DNA from: the human T2T-CHM13v2.0 reference genome, Homo sapiens
DNA: 64,000 nucleotides
Reading direction: 5' to 3' (one strand)
NCBI RefSeq assembly: GCF_009914755.1
Contig: NC_060929.1
Positions 53,915-64,000 of this stretch are shown here, one piece after another; position 1 is the stretch's first letter; each line of letters starts with the position of its first letter. A program made the position numbers and the translations under genes. The notes beneath the pieces were generated by a model. The model was not told the DNA's origin. It worked only from the letters and a program-made list of their open reading frames with translations, and searched no databases.

Positions 53915-54322
53915 TGTATTAGGCTGTTCTTGCATTGCTATAAAGAAATACCTGAGTCTGGGTAATTTATAAGAAAAGAATTGGCTCACAGTTCTGCAGG
54001 CTGTACAGGATGTATAGCGCTGGCAACAGCTTCTGGTGAGGCCTCAGGAAGCTTTTACTCATGAAAGAAGGTGAAAGGGGAGCAGGTATCTCACAGGGCA
54101 AGAGCAGGGGCAAGAGAGTGGGCAGAGAGATGCCACACCCTTTTAAACAACCAGATCTCGCAAGGACTCACTACCGTGAGGACAGCCGTGAGGGGATGGT
54201 GCCAAGCCATTCATGAGAATCCCACCCCCATGATCCAATCACCTCCTACCAGGCCCCACCTCCAACACTGGGGATTGCATTTCAACATGAGATTTCAGGG
54301 TACAAATATCCAAAGAATAATA
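53915..54322 (-). mobile_element. MSTB-like MaLR solo LTR
   Basis: tgtattaggctgttcttgcattgctataaagaaatacctgag..ggcctcaggaagcttttactcatg..ccattcatgagaatccc..catgatccaatcacctcc..caacatgagattt..acaaatatccaaa. Confidence 0.88.
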
Positions 54323-56675
54323 CACCACACATATATGGGATAGAACTTAGATATATCCCTCATATCAAATATATGTCATATTTGATGACATGTATCCATT
54401 TCAAGATAATAAAGGGGGGCTTTACAAAAGATTTGCTATAAAAAGGTGGCTTTAGGTCTGACAGGGGGTAAAGACAAGTGATTTACAAGAGCAACCCAAA
54501 TCTGTGGCCTTACTTCTTTTCACACTCCCAGGTACTGTGATTTTTAAAGAACAGCGGGAACAGTGTGGGAGTATGCCTGTGTGTGCATATGTGCTGAAGT
54601 GTGAGTGTGTCCCTGTGGTTATGCTGTGGACACACGTGCACCTGTGTGCAAGCTCTGCCAGCATGGTCAAAAACAGGGGGGCAGGGGATTCAGGGTCATG
54701 CCTGGGGGCCATGGAGGCTCCTGGCCTCTAGGAAGGCAGCCCACAGCAGCCCCAGAGGAAGAGGCATCACCTCTGTGCACTGGGGTAGAGACAGCAAGCC
54801 CCGCTGAGAGGGAAAGCAGCCCCGCATAGGTCCCGGCAGGGCCTTCTCCAGAACTGGGCTCTCTCCTGTCTCTGTTCTCCCAAGACACCCCCAGGCAGGG
54901 CAGGTGTGCCCTGAAATAACAGGTGGGGAGACTGGGGCAGTAGCAGTTTCTGAGCGGGCGTCTCACAGGCCTGGCAGCTCATGGTGTTTTTCTCTCCTCT
55001 GTGTTGATCTTCAGCTTCTGAGCCAAGCCAAAGAGTCACTGGGTTTTCAAGACAACAAGCAGAGATTCTGGTCCTCTGATGTGAGGGGTGCCTGGACTGC
55101 AAATCAATGCCATTGAACTGCAGTCTCCAGGAAGGAACTCCCCAAATGTTAACACATTCCACATTCACCTGCGGAAGGGGCTCCTGGGGTCATTTACTTT
55201 AGAAGAAAAGGTGTTACAGGGAAACTGCCTCAGAATGCTCTCAGAAAACGGGTCTGCTATAAGCCGGCGATACGTGCTCTTACATGAGCTTGGCAGGAAA
55301 TGGCATTTCAGAGAAGAATGACCCAAACAGAGGGTTTTAGACCTGAGACGGCTCAGAGAAATTTCCTGAGGTTTGAAGATTTATCTTAACCTCTCGGACT
55401 TGAACGATTGACAGTAAATCCCTGGTCAAAATAAAACAAAACTCCACAACTCTGAAAGCGAACACCAGCCATTTCGGGAGATCTTTGGAGTATTTCCAGG
55501 GCTTGAGCCTCTGGGAGGAGAGTGAGAAGGCTCTCCTTCCCCGTCACCTGCACTGCTGTTCTGAGGATTATCTACACGGGAAACTTATCAAAATGTGGGC
55601 AGCCCGTGGAGGGAGCTGCAGAAACCCTCATTTCTGTGAAAGTCGGTGCCAGGCGGAACGTGTGGGTTTTTCAACCTGAAGCTTCTGAGCTGATGAGCAG
55701 GCTGTGGTCTCAGCTCACATCCAGAATGCAGGGCCTGGCAGTGTGAGAAGCCGGGGCTGCCGAGGGAGGGTTGGCAGTGGGGATAAACAGCAAACCAGGT
55801 GTGGGTCCTCCGAGCGCTCAGAAAGCCCTCCTCTTCCAGCGATGGAGTTTGATTCCAGACACATCTCAGCCATAATGCATCTGCACTGCTCACTCCCTGA
55901 ACACCGGGAAAGGAGCGAAAGCAGCAGCCTGATGGGATTTGGCAGATGTGCTGGCTCTCACTAGACTCACACACTGCGCAATGACTCCAGCCTGCTCTCT
56001 GCCTCCATATTTATCAGTTCCCAGAGCCTGAGAATGGCCTCCTGGCTGCCTTGTCTGTCATGGTAATGGATTCAGATGCTTTGAGAGGTTCAGGATCCAC
56101 AGTTGATGGGAGTGACAGGGACCCTCTTGGATTCTCCAAAGAAAAGTGTACACAGCTCAGAGAACACCTGGGGCCGGAGAGGCGGAGCCAGTGGCCTGCA
56201 GCCTGAGGGTCTTCCCATCTGAGATCCCAGCAGGAGCCCTATGCACCTGTGTCCCTGTGGATATGGTGCAGATCACGTGTCACAGAATTAGCATGTTTTG
56301 CTTCAGAATGTGTTAACCTGTCTTCTGACTTATGCTTTGAAAATGTGGTTAAAATATTCATAAAGAACTTTCCAGGCAGAAGGGCAAATACTGAGAAATC
56401 ATCTGGTAAGTGAGGCTCAAGAAATGCCACTTGATGATGTCATGGCTCCTAATAAAAACAGGAGCCATCAGCTAAATAAGCCAATCACACTCTCACCTCC
56501 ATTTTTGTTTTTACCACGAATGGTGCTCTGTGTTTGGTGAGGATAACACTCTGGTAAGAGTTTCACAAGGCTGGGGTGAGAAACTCTTTCATTTCTTTTG
56601 GAGGCTCATGGCACCCAGTATAGGCTCAGGTGCAGAGAGGACACTGGAGAATAGGTCCTTGCACGTGCAGGTGTC

Positions 56676-56759
56676 CTCTCTCTCTCTGTCTCTCTCTCTC
56701 TGTCTGTCTCTCTCTCATGCACACACATACACACACACTCACTCACACTCTCACACACA
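56676..56759. repeat. Compound (CT)n-(CA)n microsatellite
   Basis: Seen directly. Confidence 0.92.
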
Positions 56760-58149
56760 GCTGTGGATCTGGGTGTGCATCCCAGTGACACTGCACATGT
56801 GGCGGCAGCTCAGCCCCAGCCCCATCCTGCACCCTGTTTGCCTCTTGGAGGCTCCTATGCAGCTGGCCCATCACAAATCCCAGGTCATAGTGCCCAGGAG
56901 CAGGGATAAAGGTTTTGGAATGATGTAGTCCAGGCTCCTCATTTATTGATTAGGAAACTGAGGCCAAGGAACAGTGAGAGGCCTGGGGCCCCGGGCAATG
57001 GCGATGCAGCCAGGCCGTTGCCTGCCTGTCCTTTTGTGCCCCACATTCTTGTTTTGTTTTTCTGCCCATCTCCACCTCCTTTCTCTCCTGCTTCCAGCCT
57101 TCCAGCTCTAACTGTGATGGGAGAGGACAGGAATCTCTATAGCACAAGGACCACGTTGAAACCCTGCCCAGGCATAGGGGCCCCTTACTGGGCAAATCTT
57201 ATTGTCACTAACACACTGGCACATCCTGCCTTTTACTGCCCACAGCTGTGGCTCAGAAATCCAGACGTCTGGGCTGGTCATCTATCTCATCCAGGGCTGA
57301 GAAATGTAGGGAACACAAAGATGGGATTTCCAGGTCTTTTAACTGACAGGAATGACCTGTAGCCGATTCCCAGAGCAAGGTACCCTTTGGAGCAAGCAGA
57401 GTCACACCCAGCGAGGGCATCTCCACGTCAGGCAGAGGCTGACCTGCACTGCGCAGGGCCTCCTGCATCAGGCAGAGGGTAGTGTCTGAGACTGAAGGGA
57501 AAGGAAATCTGGAAAGATCTATGTTGCAGGATGTTCTTCAGGGCCCTCAGACACAGAGCCATGAGTACAGCTGCTCTTGGGAAGGGCAGAGTGAGCTGGA
57601 CCCCAGCCTGAGCCAAGAGGGCCCTTCAATGCCCCATGTCTGACCTCTGAGGCATTGGAAGGGCCAGGCCCCACCCAGGTCCCGAGGTCTCACCTAGAGC
57701 AGGAGGAAGCCTGAGTGCCAACAGGAGATCTTTGTTTTCTGCTCCACAGGTAATTTGTATCGCTTCCACTCAAAAGTCTGTCTTCCTTTGGGCGTAGAGT
57801 CTAGAAATGGTTCGAGTTCCAAACTGATATTGCAGCCGAGTTCCAAACTGATAAAGCATCTGAATCCATTACCATGACGACAAGTTCCTAGGTGATTGCT
57901 TCAAGTTCTACATGCAGCTTCCAGTCACAGTTGGCGAGGGTCCTGCCACGCTCACTGGGTCGTTCTCTTCCACACTCACATGAAGCTTTTCTTTACCTCA
58001 TGGCCTCTGCTCTCTTCCCTGTTTCCCCTCTACCTGGGCACCCCTCTAAGTGGCAGTGCTGGTGTTAGCCACCCTTCTGCTTTGTCACAGTCATGCCCTC
58101 TCCTCTTTCAAAAGGCCACCTGAGTAGTGGGTATGCTTGGGTGGGTCAC

Positions 58150-58320
58150 ACTGGAATAGAGCATGGTGTGGGGTGCGTCTGGGCACTGGTAAGATTCTGT
58201 CTTTTGATCTGGGTGCTGGTTACGCAGATATGTTCTCTGTGGAAGTTCACTGAGCTATACACTTATGACTTATTCATTTTCTCTCTGTGTTATGCTTCAA
58301 TGATATGTTTATTTAAAAAA
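58150..58320 (+). mobile_element. Old L1M 3' terminus
   Basis: ctggtaagattctgtcttttgatctgggtgctggttac..gttcactgagctatacacttatga..tgttatgcttcaat..aaaaaa. Confidence 0.7.
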
Positions 58321-61300
58321 GGTAACCTGATGTTTCTCAATATGTCTGAAAGACAGCAGTTGCTTTGAGTAGACAGTATTTGTCCTCAGCCAAGCCCAGG
58401 CCTAGGTACATGGGGGAGGGGTGGGAAGGTGCGGGGCTCACAGGAGAGGGTCACTGATATGGAAGTGGCGGCAGCTCATCTGGTCCCTGAGACTCTGCCA
58501 TCCTGGGCTGGGCATCCCTTCAACCCAGGGCTGCCAGGAGGCCTGGGGTCTCTGGGGAGGAGGCTGGGTGGGGGTGTGGGTTTTGCCAAGCAGCCTTAGG
58601 AGAAGAATACAAGGCCTAAGAGTCAGGGGATCCCCACTGCCCCAGGGCGTCCTGGCCTCACCCAATACTCAGCTCCCAGAGGTATCTAAAGGAGGCTTAG
58701 TCCAGGAGCTAGGACACCTTGGGGTGTCCTACACAAACACTGTGAGCAAGGCTCCCGAAACACCTGGCGGTCTGTGCTGACACGGCACCACCTCCTCATG
58801 TTGAAGGCGTGGCTGGCCGTGGCTCCTGGCTCAGAGGTATCGGTATGGAGGCAGGTGCTCAGTTAGTCTGTTCTTGGTGAGGGTTTGTCATGGGCCCTGA
58901 CATAAAACTGGGCCTCCTTGGAGACCTCTGAGCACACAGGGCCAATGTGTAAGGCCTGAGGAGCCTCTCACAGGCCATGCCCTGGCCTCGTCTGCCCTGC
59001 TCTCCCCTCCTAGGCTTCTCAAGGGTTTGAGGACTGAAGTATGGACTCAGGCACGGCTGGGACTCGACCTTCACGGCCCTGGCTGTTCAGCTCACGTGAC
59101 ACAAAAAGAGACGTCAAGGGTCTCCTGCCCAGGAGGAATCAAGATGGACTTTTCTGCCCCTTCCCCTCATGGTCCAGTCATGCCTGACTGGCCAGCAAGC
59201 CACCCCCGGACAGGCCCAGCCTCCCTCCCTCCAGGCCTTGCATGGTTGGCCTCCTCTACCTGAAATGTCCCCCTATCAACCCCTAAACTGTCCCCTGGGG
59301 ACAGCTTCAATTTCTTTTTTTTTCTAGAAAGCCTTCCCTGAACAGCTCTCCCCTCCCCTTTCTTGGGGGGGGTGGCAATCAGAGTCCAAATTCTGCACTT
59401 GACTTTCAACATTAACTGCCCTATAAAGCTGATTCTTCCTCCAGCATGCAGTGTGATGCCCACCAAGAAGATGGGCCCTGATGCACCAACACTGGGATCC
59501 TTGGGACAGGAAGAGTTTTGCCTTCTGAATTATTATACCCACCACACCCATGAGGGGTGCTTCTTAATTATTTGGAATGAACTAATGGATCCCAAGCTAT
59601 GTGGTTTGCATTGAGGGAGCAGAGGGACCTCTACTTGACAGTGGGAGATATTTATAACCATTCCAAATATCTGGCTTGGCAGAGATAGGCAACCCATAGC
59701 TTACCCTGCTCTGTGAATTCATGAGCATGTGAATTACTACCGGGACTTACTGTAACTCTAGATCCCAGATTGAACATAGACCAAATAGGCACAAGGTGAA
59801 GAGCTCCAAACCATAACCACGGGACAGCAGCCCTCATCATTTTGAGGCCCTGGAACTGTCCCTGACCCTTGCCGCATCCTCCCCAGCAAAGCTGGGCTGT
59901 CCAGCTCGGGGAGGAGGCAAGGGTGGGGTGGGGAATGAGCACAGCCAGCCCTGAACAGTCCTCATCACTCAACAAACAAGCACTGACCCCACCCTGCCTT
60001 CCACTACGCTGAGGTGTGAAGTGGGTGGAGAAGGGGGCGAGGCTCGAGCCCTGCTCTCCAGAAGCCCATGCCCCAGGACATGAGAAGATGTGGGCACAGC
60101 TGGCTGAGCGACTTCCCTTCTGGCTGTCTCTCTCCCATCCTGCTCCCCTCTCCTGACCACAGCCGCCTCTGCAGTCAGCGTTGAGTGCTGAGAGCTGTGT
60201 GAATGCTCTTCTGTTAAGGAGGGTGAGAAAAGGATGGTACGGATTTTATTCCCTGCCCCCATTGACCCAGGGCAGGGGTGAGAGGCTGACTGATGAAGTC
60301 ACTGCCTAGACTTGTCATCAGGGCCCCCACATCTTCTTCAACACATCCTCCTGCCCACTCCATCTAAACAACCCTACAGCCAGTTCTGTCCCATGGTTCC
60401 CTGCAGGCCTGACCCTGTGTGCCTGTCTTTCTATTGAGCCAGCCAGGTCCTTCATCCTCCCTGGGGCCTTTTCTGATTCCCCAGCCTGTGCTTGTCTCCC
60501 TTGAGCCCTTCTAGGCATGTAGCATCTAATGCTTGAGGAGAGTGAGCACCATTTCCATGACCACACTGTGTACCCCGGGGCAGGGGCTGTGTCCACCCCT
60601 TCCCAGGCCTCTCCAGATCCATGGGGATGGAGGGCTCGCAGTATGTGCTCAAGACCTGTGACCACTAATGGAATGATGAATGATTTGCCCTATCACAGCA
60701 ACACACCCCTGTCTCGGGAACGGGACACCTCTGGCAACTGGGCACAGGCCTGTGTTCGGGGATGGCGGGCTGCAGGCCCACAGTGCTCGATTTGGGATAT
60801 CGTCCTCTCCGGTAAGGCCCAGAGCCCCCAACCTGCCCTTGCACCAGCATGGGGCTGTGGTGGGCAAGCTTACTTCCAGACAGCGTGCACCAGGATGATG
60901 AGGCAAACCATTGAGGGACATCATGATTGCATTCTAGGTGGGGGCTTCTTGCACCTGTGACCCAAATGCAAGGCCAAAGGTACATTTTCCAACTAGGAAG
61001 CGGGCTGTTAAGCGTCCTCTGCAACGGACTCTTGCCCACACTTTCCCTAGTTTTTAAATGCAGATGAGGTAGAACTCACGGGGGCAGCTGGCTCTGCTTG
61101 TTTAATTGGGGTGCATTAGCGCTGAATTGGAGCCCGAGGCTTCTTCGAGGAGTGGATCTGGGTCCATTTATCTGGATTGCATCCACCTGAGCAAAGCGCC
61201 GTGATTATAGCTTTTAAATGACTTCCTAGAGCTAATGGATCACAGAAAATAGTGTGGGACTAAAAGTAAATATAAAATGAGGGAGTTGGCTGGCTTGAAA

Positions 61301-62269
61301 GCTGGGCTGCCAAATGGGAATACCAGCAATAATTACATTTGAAATGCCACCCATGTCTTAGGACATTTTCCCAGCTTATGCCTCCAAGTTTCAGGCTGGA
61401 TGTTACAGAGTCGATGCTGCACACCACTCAGAGCTTTCAACATGCTCCAAGTAGCTAAGGCTAGTTGTCCCCTCCATCAGAAAGCAAACATAAGAGCTGG
61501 AGAAGCATCTTTTAAAAAGTGAGCCAACTCAGTGGAGTTGATTTGACTTTTAAGGCGCTAGGTAGTGAGCATTTTGGAGGATAGGATACTGTTTGAAGAA
61601 ATGGAGATCAAATGTGAAGACAGTCATGGTTCTTGCCTACAGATCACTTAAAATTGTGTGGCCTTAGATGAGGGGGTTTGGGTGGTGAGTATGCGTGCGG
61701 AGGGCTTCTGGCAGGAGAGCTCCAGGGGTGTCTTTCCATCACAGGATGTATCCGAGTGTGAGCTTAACTCTCTGGGTCCCTGGTGTGCACATAGGTCTCC
61801 CAGGTCACCCATGGGGAGATGTCTGATTGGCAGGTGTAAATGTCGATTGAGTCATGTTTCTAGATGACTCGGGTCACTCACTGGCCCTGGCCCTGATGAC
61901 CCCCCGGGTGTGTGCCCCTATTCCTGTCTGCTCCATGCTTAGAGGCCCTGGTGGGGTGTGCTGACCCATTTATGCCAGTGCACACTCTGGACTGGCTCCT
62001 GCGGGAGAACACAAGAGTGGCCATGGAACTGGCCTCCACCATGCTCCATCTTCCCACCCTGGTGTTCTCAGGCCCTTTTAAAGGTGGTCGTTGCTGAGAG
62101 TATTTGGCTGCTTCTCCTGCCCCATGCTTTTCTAGGTTCCCAGAAGCTGTGGTTCTTTGGGACGTGGAGTGGCATAAGCTATACAGAAACTTCCCTCTGC
62201 TCCCCCATGGATACTCGGTTCCCTCAATCGAGGCTGGTGCAGGGGAAGCTTGGAGCGGTGTCTACTCAC

Positions 62270-62860
62270 TATCCAGCCCAGTATCCACTATCCTCTCTTG
62301 AGCTCCTGATGTCCCACCCCACTGTTGGCCTGACATTTCCCCACATTGTCCCACAGGCCCCTCAACTCAACATGGCCCAAATGGAACTCACCATCAAGAC
62401 TGCTCCTTCTTTCACATCCCAGCCTCAGCCGACAACCCCTCCACCCAAGCCCCCTGCTTCCCAAATCGCACACCTGGCACTACCTCACCATCTTGCCCAT
62501 CCCCAGCCAATCAGTCCTGGCTCAGGTCATTTCTACCACTGTGTCTCTTAGGGTGCCAGTTTCCCACCACTCCTACCACCTCTGCTGTAGTTCAGGAAGC
62601 CATTAACACCCCCGGATGACCACTATGCCTCCGATCATGTCCCCACCAATCCTCCCCCACTCAGTAGCTGGAGGAATCTTATGGGGGCTCCCACTGCCTT
62701 CGGGCTGGAGCCAGGCAGCGCCCTCCCTGACTTGCCCTGTTATGTCTCCAGCCTCATCCTTCCCCACTCACACACCCGTTCTGGCGACCCTGCGCCACCT
62801 CAGTTCCTTAAACATGCCTACCATCACCTTGGGGCTACAACACCACAGCTAGAATCTTGC
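62270..62860 (+). mobile_element. Degraded L2 fragment
   Basis: cctcaactcaacatggcccaaatggaactcaccatc..ccagccaatcag..ctccagcctcatc are L2 motifs. Boundaries approximate. Confidence 0.6.
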
Positions 62861-64000
62861 CCCCGCCCCTTTCCAAGCCTCTTCAGATCGGTGGGGCTGT
62901 GCAGAGGGCTGGCTTGCAGCATCTGCTCAAGACACGTGGTCACTGATGGAATGATGACTGCTTTGCCCTATCATGGTAGTGCAACCCTGAATAGGGAGCA
63001 GGAATAGGACACCTCTGGCAACTGGGCACAGGCCTGCTCTCAGGGAGGGAGGGGTGGAGGGCTTTGGGTCTTAGCTGGCACGTGGCTTTCCTGCATGTCA
63101 CTATCCTGACCACTCCTGGCTGGGTTCAGTCTCCTGTGTATTCTGAGAGCCCTGGACACCCCCTCAGAACATCGATCATCTCTGCTTCCTCTACTTGTCC
63201 ACATGTCCCTCCCACCATCGACATGAGCCAATGGGGGTCCTGGCATACAACTAGCACTCAACAAACATGTGCCAGATAAACAAAGGAACGAACACATGGC
63301 TTTGTCCAGAGTTGCTTCTACTGAGACATGCATGGCCTCTAAGTTTCCTTTGACCCTGAGTCCAGGCTGCCATAGGACAGCCCCTTGGTAAACTGAACAA
63401 GAATACTCCATGCTCACAGGCTTTCCCTTTTGCTTCCTCTGGAACTTTCCTCCAGTGAAATCCAACCCCTTTGCCTAGGTGAGAGCAGAAGAGAAACCAT
63501 GACAAATAAATCCAAGTGCGAGGTGCTCTAGCTGAGAGCTCTGCCCCTGGCTAGGACCAGGCTTGATGACCTGGGGTCTGTTCTCCTCTTCAGAGATGGG
63601 GAAGGGAGCTCCACTCAGTGTGAAAAAGTATGGGGATTGGAGTCACTGTGGTTTGAGAATCCTCCCAGTTCTCTCTTTTGCTCTTATTTCCCTGCATGAG
63701 TGCTCACAGGATAGGCCGGAGGGCGTGGGGTGCTGTTTCCCCCCACACTCGTGTTCCAGGCATGGGGAGTCTCAGAGCAGAGCAGCACCCACTTGCTTGC
63801 TTGCTGGAAGCCCAGGGCTTCTCTCCCTGGGCCTCATTTCCTCATCTGTCAAATGGGGCTGATAACCTCTGTCCTGTAATTGCTATAGGAGTCAAGGCCC
63901 AGAATGGCACCTTGCCTGGCCTGGCTCCAGGGGAGGAGCACCCCGGATGGCAGAGAAATACTCTTTGAATTTTAGTGGTCAGATTTTCATCCCTCTGAGG

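Larger units (their letters stand above)
52858..54481 (+). mobile_element. MER20B-like hAT-Charlie element hosting two nested LTR insertions
   Basis: 5' part tctcaacaaggg..tttttggttgtcacaatgattgg..gggtggggccagg; 3' part ataaaaaggtggctttaggtctgacaggggg. About 740 nt remain after removing the MLT2A and MST inserts. Confidence 0.6.

Noticed and set aside
61958-62551. 197-aa plus-strand ORF, and similar ~190-aa ORFs at 25056, 28857 and 48070
   Set aside because: No recognisable domain, low-complexity P/S/L composition, and in most cases overlap with L2 relics. Expected by chance in GC-rich DNA.

Overview
Primate (human-like) genomic DNA, almost entirely intronic. The only supportable protein-coding sequence is two spliced exons on the minus strand, 40387-40194 (194 nt) and 36512-36389 (124 nt). 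They have canonical AG/GT boundaries, join in frame, and encode the paired EF-hand region of follistatin-like 4 (FSTL4/SPIG1; from memory exons 5 and 6). I found no other FSTL4 exon, so the flanking introns are >23 kb and >36 kb. The rest is a typical repeat landscape: Alus, MaLR/ERVL solo LTRs, hAT DNA transposons, L1M/L2/MIR relics and microsatellites. Several repeat-free AT-rich islands look like developmental enhancers. I see no prokaryotic features, CRISPR arrays, RNA genes or new protein-coding system, and nearly all ORFs in the supplied track are spurious. Best testable leads, all hypotheses: (1) a 318-nt, stop-free, frame-closed exon pair bracketed by inverted AluY elements (circRNA / rolling-circle ORF candidate); (2) a candidate UG-tract (TDP-43-type) cryptic exon with LTR-derived acceptors; (3) a 23-bp locally templated insertion in an MLT2A LTR; (4) a 3'-truncated Alu with a duplicated B-box; (5) several local duplications. 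Repeat subfamily names are recalled from consensus sequences, and boundaries of old repeats are approximate.
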